IMG/VR virus record: IMGVR_UViG_3300048576_000556
Span: 1-37,103 of that record
DNA: 37,103 nucleotides
Direction: 5' to 3' (one strand)
DNA from: a virus
Taxonomy: Duplodnaviria > Caudoviricetes
The notes beneath the pieces are model-generated. The model saw only the letters and a program-made list of their open reading frames with translations. It ran no database searches and was not told the origin of the DNA. Positions 25,531 to 34,872 of this stretch are shown here, piece by piece (the first letter of the stretch is position 1; every line of letters starts with the position of its first letter). The position numbers and the translations under genes were made by a program.

Positions 25531-27688
25531 TAATTTTGCGAACATACCGCTCTGACACACCGGTTAATTGAGCAATATTTGCAATGTCCGCGTCAGGATT
25601 TCGCGCTAGTAATGCGGCTACCCATTGGCCTTTTTCACCGCTAAAACCTTCGCGAAATTTTGTGTATTGAACCCTGCTACCGGTATGGATTTTGACTGCA
25701 AGATTTTCATCGATGGCCGAGTCAACCATCGCTTTGCTCTTGCGTTCAGAGAGGTCATAATGCTGACTAGCCAGCCGTGCAATATCGCTCATCAAGCACG
25801 GGTCTTGACTGCCAATGCATGTGTCAACAAATTCATTGAGTATCACTTCTTTTTTAGATTCACGTTTCTTTTCTGCGCCAAGAAGTGCAGTCGGGTCAGC
25901 GGATGTATCCACTTCAAATAACGGATGTTGTTTCCGCAAAACCAATGATTCAAGCGGAGCCCACGACCGTACAGCCGCATCCATCACAATTTTGTCAGCA
26001 TCTTCATGCGGACGCAGGATGACGTGAGTATCGACCGCTCGAGATTGACTGCCGGCACCTGCGCCGACATCCGTGATGGATTTTTGAGATTGATTGCCCT
26101 TGCTGGTATGATGAATAAGGACAAATGCACAATTCAAATACATAGCAAGACAATCCAGACTATTGTACAAGCGGGCAATTGCACCGTTGTCGTTTTCATC
26201 TGTTTTGTCAGGCAGCGTACGGTAAAAGGCGTCGAGAATAATAACTTTATAGGTATTGGGCTTAAGCCGCCCAAAGTATTGGCCGAGCGCCATTAAATCT
26301 TTCAATTGACCGCGAAGAGATTTAATTTTCACTTGCTGGCTGAATAACTTAGGGTTTAGCTTCATTGCTTTAGCCAGTTCCATGTACCGATAGGTGAGAG
26401 TGTTGACATGCAGCTCATTATCGATAACCAGAACAGGTCCCTGCTCGACCTTGAATCCAAGCCAGTCCAGACCGGTAGCAATCGCAATTGACAGAGAATT
26501 GACCAACCATGATTTGCCTACTTTGGGTGCAGCGATAATATTCATCGTCTCACCCTCACGCAATAAACCATGAATGATTGGCGGATTGAGTCCATGAAAA
26601 TCGGTTATCAAATCACTGAGACAAACCGCATCATCCTGCCATTCTTCGGATTTGCTGGCCAAATCTTTGTTCACAATCCCTGATAAATCCACATCGCTGT
26701 TATCTTGCTCTCTTTGGCCATAGCCTTGCGAAGCCAGTGCTCGAGCCGCTTGACCAAAATCTCCGTTATGTTCCAAAAGCGTATAAACGCTGAATGGTGA
26801 ATAAGGCTTCTCTGCTTCAAACGGATTAGCATTGGTTGACCAGACATAGAAAACGCGATTTTTCAGCGTTGCTGACCAGCCCAGAGTTTTACCCGGCCTG
26901 CGCCAATATTCATTTTCACCTGCCTTGACACAGGTCCAGCCATGGGATTGCAATAGCGCCTTTACATCGCCGCGAGCGTTGTAATCATCGCCGGGACGAA
27001 GCCCGCTGTTAGTTAAGGTTGTTACAGGTTCGGGCACCGGTTCTGGTGTGGGTTCTGGGATAAATTCATTTAGAGACCACGCCGCTTCGAGCAAAATATC
27101 CCGCTCGCCAGAAGTTAAAACAGGTATTGCAGTAAACTCGCCCTGGATTAATTCATATCCGGCCGATGGTGCACATAGAAATAATCCACCTTCGCCGCGA
27201 GTTTCAATGAGCGTAAGAAGAATAAACCAATCGCCATCTTTATCCTTGCGGGGTTTATAGTTTTTGCCGCAGACCTCAGCTTCAGCTTCCGAGGGAACTG
27301 TCACTTTCTGCTGCGCTAATTTCATATTACCGCATATTTCAGTCTCGCAGCGGTAAATGACATGGAGGCCCCCTGACTGTGATCTTTCAATCACCAATTT
27401 ATCAATCAGGCCGGGTGACTGGCTTTGTACAAGATCGTACCACCGCTGGTACGCCTGTGCTTGCAGGTCGAAATCTATCATTTCAAGATTGCCAGAAACC
27501 TTGCCCGCCACAATGCAAATACCGTTGTTGGAACCACTAAACCAGGATTGCAGTTCCGAATCATAAGGAAGACGCTGCTGGTATTGTTTCCAGCCTGACA
27601 GTGCTGCAAATTTCAATTGGACATTTGCCGGTAAAACACAAAGACCTGCCTGAAGGTAACCTAATGATATTTCTTTAATATTGTGCAT
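25451..27688 (-). CDS. Bifunctional primase-polymerase fused to AAA_25 / RepA-like helicase
   Basis: GLCVLPA...WKQYQ, MIDFD, SGGLHVIY and ETRGEGG prim-pol motifs; Walker A APKVGKS, IILD, LIHHTSKG. Confidence 0.9.
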   Translation of the reverse strand: MHNIKEISLGYLQAGLCVLPANVQLKFAALSGWKQYQQRLPYDSELQSWFSGSNNGICIVAGKVSGNLEMIDFDLQAQAYQRWYDLVQSQSPGLIDKLVIERSQSGGLHVIYRCETEICGNMKLAQQKVTVPSEAEAEVCGKNYKPRKDKDGDWFILLTLIETRGEGGLFLCAPSAGYELIQGEFTAIPVLTSGERDILLEAAWSLNEFIPEPTPEPVPEPVTTLTNSGLRPGDDYNARGDVKALLQSHGWTCVKAGENEYWRRPGKTLGWSATLKNRVFYVWSTNANPFEAEKPYSPFSVYTLLEHNGDFGQAARALASQGYGQREQDNSDVDLSGIVNKDLASKSEEWQDDAVCLSDLITDFHGLNPPIIHGLLREGETMNIIAAPKVGKSWLVNSLSIAIATGLDWLGFKVEQGPVLVIDNELHVNTLTYRYMELAKAMKLNPKLFSQQVKIKSLRGQLKDLMALGQYFGRLKPNTYKVIILDAFYRTLPDKTDENDNGAIARLYNSLDCLAMYLNCAFVLIHHTSKGNQSQKSITDVGAGAGSQSRAVDTHVILRPHEDADKIVMDAAVRSWAPLESLVLRKQHPLFEVDTSADPTALLGAEKKRESKKEVILNEFVDTCIGSQDPCLMSDIARLASQHYDLSERKSKAMVDSAIDENLAVKIHTGSRVQYTKFREGFSGEKGQWVAALLARNPDADIANIAQLTGVSERYVRKIKCGTDAELAGTEFHDSSTLTRDEDTS

Positions 27689-27700
27689 GCTGTCTCCTGA

Positions 27701-29377
27701 TCAAAATGGAATAGAATCATCAGCCTGGATGTAATCAGGATCAGTCTTATCAAACTGCCAATCTTCAATTTCCGGATTTTCGAATTGGTAACTGACTATT
27801 TTTTCAAACTTGTCACCGGGAACTTTTTTAACGATTATTTTTATAGGCTCTTTTAATCTGCCATCCTGTGCGAAAAATACAGCCATATCGGATTTTTCCG
27901 GCATGTCTTCAGCGGATCTTTGTCTCCACCAGTCTTCAGCCTTGAAATGTGCAAAACCCGTGTGTTCAAAACAGATCCATTCAGAGATATATCTTTCCAA
28001 GCCTACTTTATATTGAACTCGCATGCTCTTAGGTGCGTTTTCGTCAGCGTTCCTTTTGGTATGAACGTTATAAAGCACCTCAAGAACATCATATTCTTCA
28101 ACAATTGGATCTCCAGAAAGGATGTTTTCAGAGCTTGCCTTCGAATCATGTTTTGGTTTTTCAGGTTCTGGAAAATCGTAACCACAGGCTGGACATTTAG
28201 AATATGCCGCATGAACAATTTCAAAACACACCGGGCATTCTTTTGCCGGTGCCCTGCCATTGCCTTTAGAAAATGCCTGATTTATTTTCAGACAATCAAT
28301 AGGGCCATGGCGAAGAATATTGCCGCCAAAATCGAGCACCAGACAATCTTCTTTACCTTCTGCAATCCTGCTCCCTCTTCCTACCATTTGAACGTAAAGA
28401 CCTGTACTCATAGTTGGCCTGAGCATCGCAATGCAATCAATGTGGGGTGCGTCAAAGCCGGTTGTCAGAACATTTACGTTACATAAATATTTCAGTGCCC
28501 CGCTGCGGAAATCATCAATCATCTTCTTTCGCCAGCCATCGGGACTATCACCTGAAACAAAACCGCAATCAATATTGTGCTCTTGCTGGAATATCTTTTG
28601 AATGTGTTTGCCGTGTTCCACTCCTGCTGCAAAAATGAGAACCGCTTTTCGATCATGCGTATATTCGAGTATTTCAGAACATGCGGCTTTGACGCGGGTT
28701 TCAGTATCCATCAATTCTTCTATTTCATTGACGATGAATTCACCGCCTCTGATATGGAGACTGCTTGTATCAATATGTGTTTTTGATGCCTTGCTGCGCA
28801 AGGGTGAAAGGTATCTATCTCGAATAAGCTCTTTAATTCCTGCTTCGTAGCAGATTTCATTTAAGATATTGTCAGGCCCACATATCATACCTGTGCCGGT
28901 TCGATATGGTGTGGCGGTCAAACCAAGTAATCTGACATTGGGATTAACGATCTTTGCATCCTGCAAAAACGATCGGTACCTGCCTTCACCATCGGCCGGC
29001 AAAAGGTGTGCCTCATCAATTATGATTAAATCGAATGGTTCGAATTCAAATGCCATTTTATAAATAGATTGTATCGATGCTGCAATAACAGGCTGGTGCA
29101 TATCTCTCTGTTTTAATCCGGCAGAATAAATTCCTACAAAATTATCGCCGAGGAAGTGTTTTATTTTTCCGGCATTCTGCTCGATAAGTTCCTGCACATA
29201 CGCAAGGACTAAAACTCTTCCTTGCCAAAGTGAAACTGCATCGCTGCATATTTGAGCCAGAACAACGCTTTTGCCTGAACCTGTCGGCAGCACGATACAG
29301 CTGTTACCATCGCGTTCTTTTAAATATTTATAGCAGGCATCAACCGCCTGCTTTTGGTATCCACGAAGCTCTATCAT
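27701..29377 (-). CDS. SF2 DEAH helicase (YejH/RadD-like) with zinc finger
   Basis: LRGYQ, PTGSGKS, DEAH, TATP, QMVGRGSR, CPVC...CPAC. Confidence 0.93.
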   Translation of the reverse strand: MIELRGYQKQAVDACYKYLKERDGNSCIVLPTGSGKSVVLAQICSDAVSLWQGRVLVLAYVQELIEQNAGKIKHFLGDNFVGIYSAGLKQRDMHQPVIAASIQSIYKMAFEFEPFDLIIIDEAHLLPADGEGRYRSFLQDAKIVNPNVRLLGLTATPYRTGTGMICGPDNILNEICYEAGIKELIRDRYLSPLRSKASKTHIDTSSLHIRGGEFIVNEIEELMDTETRVKAACSEILEYTHDRKAVLIFAAGVEHGKHIQKIFQQEHNIDCGFVSGDSPDGWRKKMIDDFRSGALKYLCNVNVLTTGFDAPHIDCIAMLRPTMSTGLYVQMVGRGSRIAEGKEDCLVLDFGGNILRHGPIDCLKINQAFSKGNGRAPAKECPVCFEIVHAAYSKCPACGYDFPEPEKPKHDSKASSENILSGDPIVEEYDVLEVLYNVHTKRNADENAPKSMRVQYKVGLERYISEWICFEHTGFAHFKAEDWWRQRSAEDMPEKSDMAVFFAQDGRLKEPIKIIVKKVPGDKFEKIVSYQFENPEIEDWQFDKTDPDYIQADDSIPF

Positions 29378-29726
29378 TGATTTTCCTTATCGTTACAATT
29401 GTTTTGCCATACTTGACTGGTTCTTTCATAACGGTTGTCAGATGTTTAATCTGGCAATCGTTATAAAAGGCCATTCCTTTTTCCAAGGCATCCAGAAGCG
29501 GTTTTTGAATATTGTCGATATCACGCTTTCGTTTGTCCGGAGGGTATGCCCGGACTTTCATTGCGAGCATACCCATCATCGGACTAACTTTTGCTGCCAT
29601 AAGAGCCTTGCAAACACGATTGCGAAACATCATGCCTTCGCGCCCTATGAACGTCCTGTTCCCCCGCCGCCTGAAATAATGATTAATACTTGGCGGATAT
29701 GGCAGCTCTATCGTCAGCGTTTCCAG
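29340..29726 (-). CDS. rusA: RusA-family Holliday junction resolvase
   Basis: PPDKRKRDIDN...LLDAL motif; the conserved N-terminus LPYPPSINHY lies upstream of the called ATG; probable CTG start at 29726. Confidence 0.85.
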   Translation of the reverse strand: METLTIELPYPPSINHYFRRRGNRTFIGREGMMFRNRVCKALMAAKVSPMMGMLAMKVRAYPPDKRKRDIDNIQKPLLDALEKGMAFYNDCQIKHLTTVMKEPVKYGKTIVTIRKINDRASWIPKAGG

Positions 29727-30169
29727 GGTGCAATTCCTTTCGCAGCTGGACTGCTGTTTTGAACAGGAGCAGTTTCTTTTGCTGAATAACCTTTTATTTC
29801 ATTAGCCAGTTCATCTGTATCATTGCGTTTTTTGAGTTTGACATTGATCATCAGCGGAAGATTATGAAGTTCCGCTGAATCTTTCGGAGTCATTACGCCG
29901 ACCGCTTTGCATATTGCAGCAAGCTGGCCGCGTGAAATCTTGGCGGTAGTTTCGTTGGCATGTTCCAAATTCAATCTGGCCCACAGGAGCCTGTTTTTGT
30001 ACTGCCCATCGATAACCTGGAATGTCAATTCCAGGTAATTACCATTTCCATTCTTTGTCGGTTTAAATTCCGAGTTGGTTATAACCGCCAAATATTTTGC
30101 TGCCGGGATCGGATCAAAATCGGCTACCGGTTCTACATTGTTTGCGTTAAAGCCATTAAGATTAGCCAT
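29714..30169 (-). CDS. DUF669-family ssDNA-binding-like protein
   Basis: FDPIPAAKY...YLELTFQVIDGQYKNRLLW, C-terminal PW; follows the Sak4-like ATPase. Confidence 0.8.
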   Translation of the reverse strand: MANLNGFNANNVEPVADFDPIPAAKYLAVITNSEFKPTKNGNGNYLELTFQVIDGQYKNRLLWARLNLEHANETTAKISRGQLAAICKAVGVMTPKDSAELHNLPLMINVKLKKRNDTDELANEIKGYSAKETAPVQNSSPAAKGIAPWKR

Positions 30170-30956
30170 TGCTTAAGTCTCCTATAGTTTGAGGTTGATT
30201 GTTATTATTTAGTGCGTTTATAAATGCATCCCATGAAAGAGGGATTTCATATGGAAGGTTGTAGCGGTTCTTGGCAATGCAAGATGGACCGCCGACGGTG
30301 CGAATTAATCGCTCACCGCCATCTTTGCCAAGTCCGACAGCTATCGTTCGCTCTTTTCCAAAACCTATATTTTCGGATTCAGTTCGGAATTTTCGTGTTG
30401 CAAATAAAACCGCATCAGCCCATTCCGTAAGTAATGCTGTCGCATGTTTGTGCATACGCGGTGTATATCTGTCATAAGCACTGGATTCCGGATCTTCGAA
30501 CCGCTCCACGCGCGAATGTGCGACAAGGATTGTTGCCATATGCCTTTCGGTTCGCAGTGAATCCAAGGCATCTACAATCTGACGCCAGAAACCAAGTGCA
30601 GCGATATAACCTTTTCCGAAACCGCCATCAACTTTTTCGATCGTGCTTGCACCGGAAAGTCGGCACAGTTCATCCCAGATAAGCTGCTCCAACCAATCGC
30701 ACGAATCAATAATTACGGTTTGATAATTATGTTGTTCTATAGCTAATGCTGATAGATAGCCTTCCACATCGCTGTATTTTTTAGCCATGGGAAAACTTGC
30801 GCAATCAATTTCATTTAATCCATCCTCGGTTGGTATGAAGATTGGATTTGGAGCCTGCGCTGCAAATGTGCTTTTGCCGATCCCTTCTGTGCCATAAAGA
30901 AGTATTCGCGGCGGCGATGATTGCTTGCCTGTTCTGATTTGTTCTAACACTGACAT
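30162..30956 (-). CDS. AAA_24 / Sak4-like ATPase
   Basis: YGTEGIGKST, VIIDS, GFGKGY, ILVAH, AKNR; start re-assigned to MSVLEQ with AAAGGA SD. Confidence 0.85.
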   Translation of the reverse strand: MSVLEQIRTGKQSSPPRILLYGTEGIGKSTFAAQAPNPIFIPTEDGLNEIDCASFPMAKKYSDVEGYLSALAIEQHNYQTVIIDSCDWLEQLIWDELCRLSGASTIEKVDGGFGKGYIAALGFWRQIVDALDSLRTERHMATILVAHSRVERFEDPESSAYDRYTPRMHKHATALLTEWADAVLFATRKFRTESENIGFGKERTIAVGLGKDGGERLIRTVGGPSCIAKNRYNLPYEIPLSWDAFINALNNNNQPQTIGDLSNG

Positions 30957-30978
30957 ATTACTTGTTTCCTTTCTATAA

Positions 30979-31476
30979 TTAGAGTTTTGTTGATTTTTCG
31001 ATTTGTTCTTGAGATGTTTCATCAAGTGAAATTTCACTTGGTACCGCCCCCGGTATCTGGTCATCCTGATCGCTTATAGCCAGTCTGCTTCGCTCGGCCA
31101 TCTCATCCAATGTTTGTTGACATGAGGTGTAAAAGTGCAGTTTATTTCTGCTGGCAGATTTAGCAACGTAATCAGATGCTATTGTTCGCGCCCTACGAAA
31201 GCCAAACTTTCTAAATTCTGCTACAACATCCGGCATCAAGCCGTATTGCCAGCCGTCAAGCATATCTCTATAACCTTCAAACCATTTGGATACGGTATTG
31301 TTGGTGGGCATTTTCAGTCTTGCACACATCAATGCTTTTTGTGCAGCCTCAATACCATCTCTTTTTAAAATAGTGTCTACTTTTCCAAGCAATATTCTGG
31401 CCTTTCGCAGTTTTTCAACCTCTTGCGCAAGCCTTTTTTCGGATTTGTTTGGTTTTACTTTTTCCTGTACTTCCAT
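30979..31476 (-). CDS. Hypothetical protein, first gene of the replication operon
   Basis: 165 aa, AGGAG SD. Confidence 0.65.
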   Translation of the reverse strand: MEVQEKVKPNKSEKRLAQEVEKLRKARILLGKVDTILKRDGIEAAQKALMCARLKMPTNNTVSKWFEGYRDMLDGWQYGLMPDVVAEFRKFGFRRARTIASDYVAKSASRNKLHFYTSCQQTLDEMAERSRLAISDQDDQIPGAVPSEISLDETSQEQIEKSTKL

Positions 31477-31538
31477 TTGAACGCTCCTATTAAATGATTC
31501 TTATTTTTTGTAATTTATTGTTTTCTATAAACCACAAA

Positions 31539-31633
31539 GCGGATAGGGGCGGATTATTGCGGATGTGTTAAAAACCTCATTTTTAAGCTAAAAACAAAAA
31601 AGCGGATTTTTTTAAAAATCCGCTTTTATCCGC
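31539..31633. promoter_or_regulatory. Array of six GCGGAT boxes
   Basis: Direct copies at 31539, 31549, 31559 and 31602; inverted copies at 31618 and 31628. Confidence 0.75.
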
Positions 31634-31663
31634 TTTTGTAAAAAATTAACTTTAAAATAGTGG

Positions 31664-32443
31664 CTACAAATCTTCTCTTTGTACTATATTTCTGCTGCAG
31701 CGACCGCTGCGTGGAGTGTTTTTGTGTGTTTGATGAAATTTACGACCGGCGCGTACATAACGCTGCCATGTCTCAAATGCGGGTAAATCGTAATCTCTAG
31801 GTCCCTCTTCCTTTAAAAACACGTATGCCTCTCGATCGGTAATCTGATGGCCTATTTTAGATTCACTATAAGCGAAACTTTGATATGCAGATTCAACGGA
31901 AATTGGTAATTGGCACTTTTCTTTAGCCTCGATTTGCTCAGATGATAATTTGATTTCATCCGGCACTACATGAGACACCTTATTAAATCGCGTTTGATTA
32001 GGTTCAATATCAGGTTCTACTACGTTCCTTAATGCTGCTTTATATCTTCTATCTAAACGAACCATTATTTTATTTAAGAACCTTCTTGCTAAATCTAGAA
32101 GCCGTTCTTCCTCAAGCACTATAATTTTAGAAGGAGCTATTCCCAAGTACCGATCACTTGTATAGAGTGCACCTATTGTATTTCGATCCAATCCATAGAT
32201 AATATGATGAAATTCATCTAACGATATTTCACATTCAATTTTTAATTTCTGGGATATTGATTTAATGATAGGCCAGAATTGTACTAAATTTTCATATAAT
32301 TTATCTTGCCTATAAAAATAGTCGGAATTTGAGGGAATATTTTTGTTATCATTTAAATAGCAAAAATCACTGTAAATTTCATTGAAGACTTTATATTCAT
32401 CTTCTGTAAAAACAGGCTCTACGACCCTATCTTCCATAAACAA
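31664..32443 (-). CDS. Putative DNA-binding regulator (C-terminal HTH-like domain)
   Basis: 259 aa; C-terminal TDREAYVFL...LPAFETWQRYVRAGRK helices and a basic tail; divergent from the repressors. Confidence 0.55.
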   Translation of the reverse strand: MFMEDRVVEPVFTEDEYKVFNEIYSDFCYLNDNKNIPSNSDYFYRQDKLYENLVQFWPIIKSISQKLKIECEISLDEFHHIIYGLDRNTIGALYTSDRYLGIAPSKIIVLEEERLLDLARRFLNKIMVRLDRRYKAALRNVVEPDIEPNQTRFNKVSHVVPDEIKLSSEQIEAKEKCQLPISVESAYQSFAYSESKIGHQITDREAYVFLKEEGPRDYDLPAFETWQRYVRAGRKFHQTHKNTPRSGRCSRNIVQREDL

Positions 32444-32681
32444 TTACTCCATAAATGCAAAATCAAATAGTTAATTAAAACTTCAATCCATTTGCAGCAA
32501 TCTATGAGTCCATTCATGATTTTGGCTTGTGGTTTGACATACCAGAAATCTTTTCTGGCCTAGGTCGTGTCGGCCTTGCAAGAAAAAAATATATTATTTC
32601 ATTTTTATTTTTGCAAGAGCAAAAACATTAAATAACAATAAATCTGATAGTTTATGCAAAAGTCTCATTCGTTTGGATTAG

Positions 32682-32726
32682 ATGAAATGAATTTTCATTG
32701 ACCATTTTCAAATTACAATATATTGT
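32682..32726 (+). promoter_or_regulatory. Repressor promoter with palindromic operator candidates
   Basis: TTGACC (32698)-17 bp-TATTGT (32721); palindromes ATGAAA-N5-TTTCAT (32682-32698) and ACAATATATTGT (32715-32726). Confidence 0.5.
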
Positions 32727-32735
32727 TCATAAACT

Positions 32736-33347
32736 ATGAAACCACTAACAAACAATCAGAAGAAAATCCTAAGTTATATCGAACGTAGTTTTGCTAAGAA
32801 TATTTGCCCAAGTCAACATGAAATGGCTGATCATTTTGGTGTTACTCAGAATGCAATTTGCCAATATATAAACAGCCTGAAGCTAAAAGGATATCTGGAA
32901 GGATACAGCCCTCATAGAGGTCTGAGGTTCACTAAAGAATACGAGGCCGCTAAAGAAAAGGGTACAGGTCTGCCACTTATAGGCAGAATTGCAGCAGGTG
33001 TTCCTATCTTAGCCGAAGAAAACATCACAGACTATATAGATGTGGGAAATATTATAAAAAAACCGCACAAGGATGCTTATATTCTGCAAATTGTCGGTGA
33101 CAGCATGATTGAGGACAGCATCAATGATGGCGACTATGTGATTGTCAAGCCGCAACGTACGATTGAGAACGGCCAAATTGGTGTAGCACTTATCGAAGAT
33201 GAGGCAACAGTAAAAAGAATATATTTTAAAGCCGAAAAGCTGATTCTAAAACCATCAAATCCAAAATATAAGGAAATGGTCTATACACGCGACGATGAAA
33301 ATGTCCGCATTGCAGGGATAGTGATTGGGAGTTTTAGAAGATTTTAA
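32736..33347 (+). CDS. lexA: LexA-family repressor, copy 1 (cleavable)
   Basis: N-terminal wHTH, GRIAAGVPILA cleavage loop, GDSM (Ser) and EATVKR (Lys). Confidence 0.9.
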   Translation: MKPLTNNQKKILSYIERSFAKNICPSQHEMADHFGVTQNAICQYINSLKLKGYLEGYSPHRGLRFTKEYEAAKEKGTGLPLIGRIAAGVPILAEENITDYIDVGNIIKKPHKDAYILQIVGDSMIEDSINDGDYVIVKPQRTIENGQIGVALIEDEATVKRIYFKAEKLILKPSNPKYKEMVYTRDDENVRIAGIVIGSFRRF

Positions 33348-33416
33348 TTAGACTATAGTAATTAATAGTTGGAGAAAAATTAATCACCATAATATGAAAA
33401 AATTAAACAAATAACC

Positions 33417-33998
33417 ATGCTTCATTACGTTGAACGTAATCTTGCTAATAAAGTTTATCCAACTCAAAAGGAAATGGCAGAACATTTCGGAGTATCTCAG
33501 CATGTGATTTATCAACGCTTAAACAGTTTACGAAAAAAAGGATATCTGGAGAATTGCAGTTTTCGCAGGGGTACATATCTTTCTAAAGAATACCTTGCTT
33601 CAAAAGAAAAATCAGTCGGTTTGCCGATTCTTGGCAGAGTTGTGACACGTACCCCAATTTTAGCTGAAAAAAACATTACCGGGTATATGGATCTAAACAG
33701 CTTTATTAAAAAAGCACATAAGAATGCATTCATTTTAAAGACCGTAGGTGATAGCATGTTTAATGATAACGTCAATAGCGGTGATTACGTTATCGTCAAA
33801 CCACAGAGCACCGTCGAAAATGGTCAAATTGGTGTGGCTGTTATTGAAAATGAGGCAACCGTAAAGAGAATATTTATAAAGGCTGGCAAAATAATATTAA
33901 AACCAGCCAACCGTAAATACAAAGAAATGGTCTATAAACGCGATGATGAAAATGTCTCCATTATAGGCATAGTCATCGGGTGTTTTAGAAGATTTTAG
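33417..33998 (+). CDS. LexA-family repressor, copy 2 (cleavage site lost, N-terminus shortened)
   Basis: Colinear paralog of copy 1; GRVVTRTPILA replaces GRIAAGVPILA; GDSM and EATVKR retained. Confidence 0.85.
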   Translation: MLHYVERNLANKVYPTQKEMAEHFGVSQHVIYQRLNSLRKKGYLENCSFRRGTYLSKEYLASKEKSVGLPILGRVVTRTPILAEKNITGYMDLNSFIKKAHKNAFILKTVGDSMFNDNVNSGDYVIVKPQSTVENGQIGVAVIENEATVKRIFIKAGKIILKPANRKYKEMVYKRDDENVSIIGIVIGCFRRF

Positions 33999-34021
33999 TT
34001 CTGAGAAATTTATTAAGATTA

Positions 34022-34222
34022 CTATTTCCTCAGTCCGATCTTTTTAAGGTATTTAGAGCTTTTCTTTAAGCCCAGGTTCGATGCCTTAGCTTCAACGGAT
34101 TTAGGTTTCCTATTTAACTTTTTAGCAACATCTTTTGTGCTGGTGTTAGGATAAATCTTCTTTAAAATGCTAGTTTCTTCTTTGGTAAATACGCCAGTTA
34201 CAAGTTTTTTCTTTGCCATCAT
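34022..34222 (-). CDS. Small basic Myb/SANT-like HTH protein
   Basis: FTKEETSILKKIYP...VAKKLNRKPKSVEAKASNLGL; AAGGAG SD. Confidence 0.65.
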   Translation of the reverse strand: MMAKKKLVTGVFTKEETSILKKIYPNTSTKDVAKKLNRKPKSVEAKASNLGLKKSSKYLKKIGLRK

Positions 34223-34278
34223 AATCTCCTTTCAATAACCATCTATATTTGTTTGCCAACTTAAAAAATACCAACCTT

Positions 34279-34791
34279 TTATGATATTTCAAGGGCTGGT
34301 CTGATTTCTGTTTCAAAAGCTTTTTTTATTGAAGAAAGTTTCCATTGAATAACAGATTTCTTTTGCTCAAGGATTGTGTTTAATTCTTTTTTAACTGCTG
34401 CAACAACCTCATCAGGAGTTCCAACTGCTTTTCTGATGAGTTCCGTCATACTGACACTATTCCTGCTTCTACTTGTACTTGCATTACAGAAACTACAGGA
34501 TGATACAGTATTGGCTTGATCGATGCTTTTCGCCATATTTTCAAGCGATTCGGCTGATAGTTCTGGATACTTCCTCGATAATGCTTCTGTAATTTGATAC
34601 AAATAACCCCCTTGAGATTCACCAATAAGGTGTTCAACGGTCATTTGTCTCCACAGGTCGAAATCCACTTTTCCTTTTGTTCCACATCCGCATAATTGAC
34701 AAACGCATCCTGACCGAATATGCACTGAAGCAGCATAACCAAACAAAGATTGGCAATTTCTGTGATCGTATATTTCATTCATCAATAACAA
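34279..34791 (-). CDS. Zinc-binding HNH-like nuclease
   Basis: CQLCG...TVEHLIGESQGG...NTVSSCSFCN. Confidence 0.65.
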   Translation of the reverse strand: MLLMNEIYDHRNCQSLFGYAASVHIRSGCVCQLCGCGTKGKVDFDLWRQMTVEHLIGESQGGYLYQITEALSRKYPELSAESLENMAKSIDQANTVSSCSFCNASTSRSRNSVSMTELIRKAVGTPDEVVAAVKKELNTILEQKKSVIQWKLSSIKKAFETEIRPALEIS

Positions 34792-34872
34792 ATCCTTTAA
34801 TTAATCTCAAGCAGTTTAGCTGAGGCATATAATTTTGTCTATTTTAAAATGCACTAGAGCTAAGCCGCGAGA

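Noticed and set aside
27920-28486. 188-aa plus-strand ORF and similar shadow ORFs (e.g. 9173..9589, 4701..5084, 36038..36415)
   Set aside because: Each lies antisense to a single well-supported gene, with no noticed SD or coupling, unlike 20500..21900.
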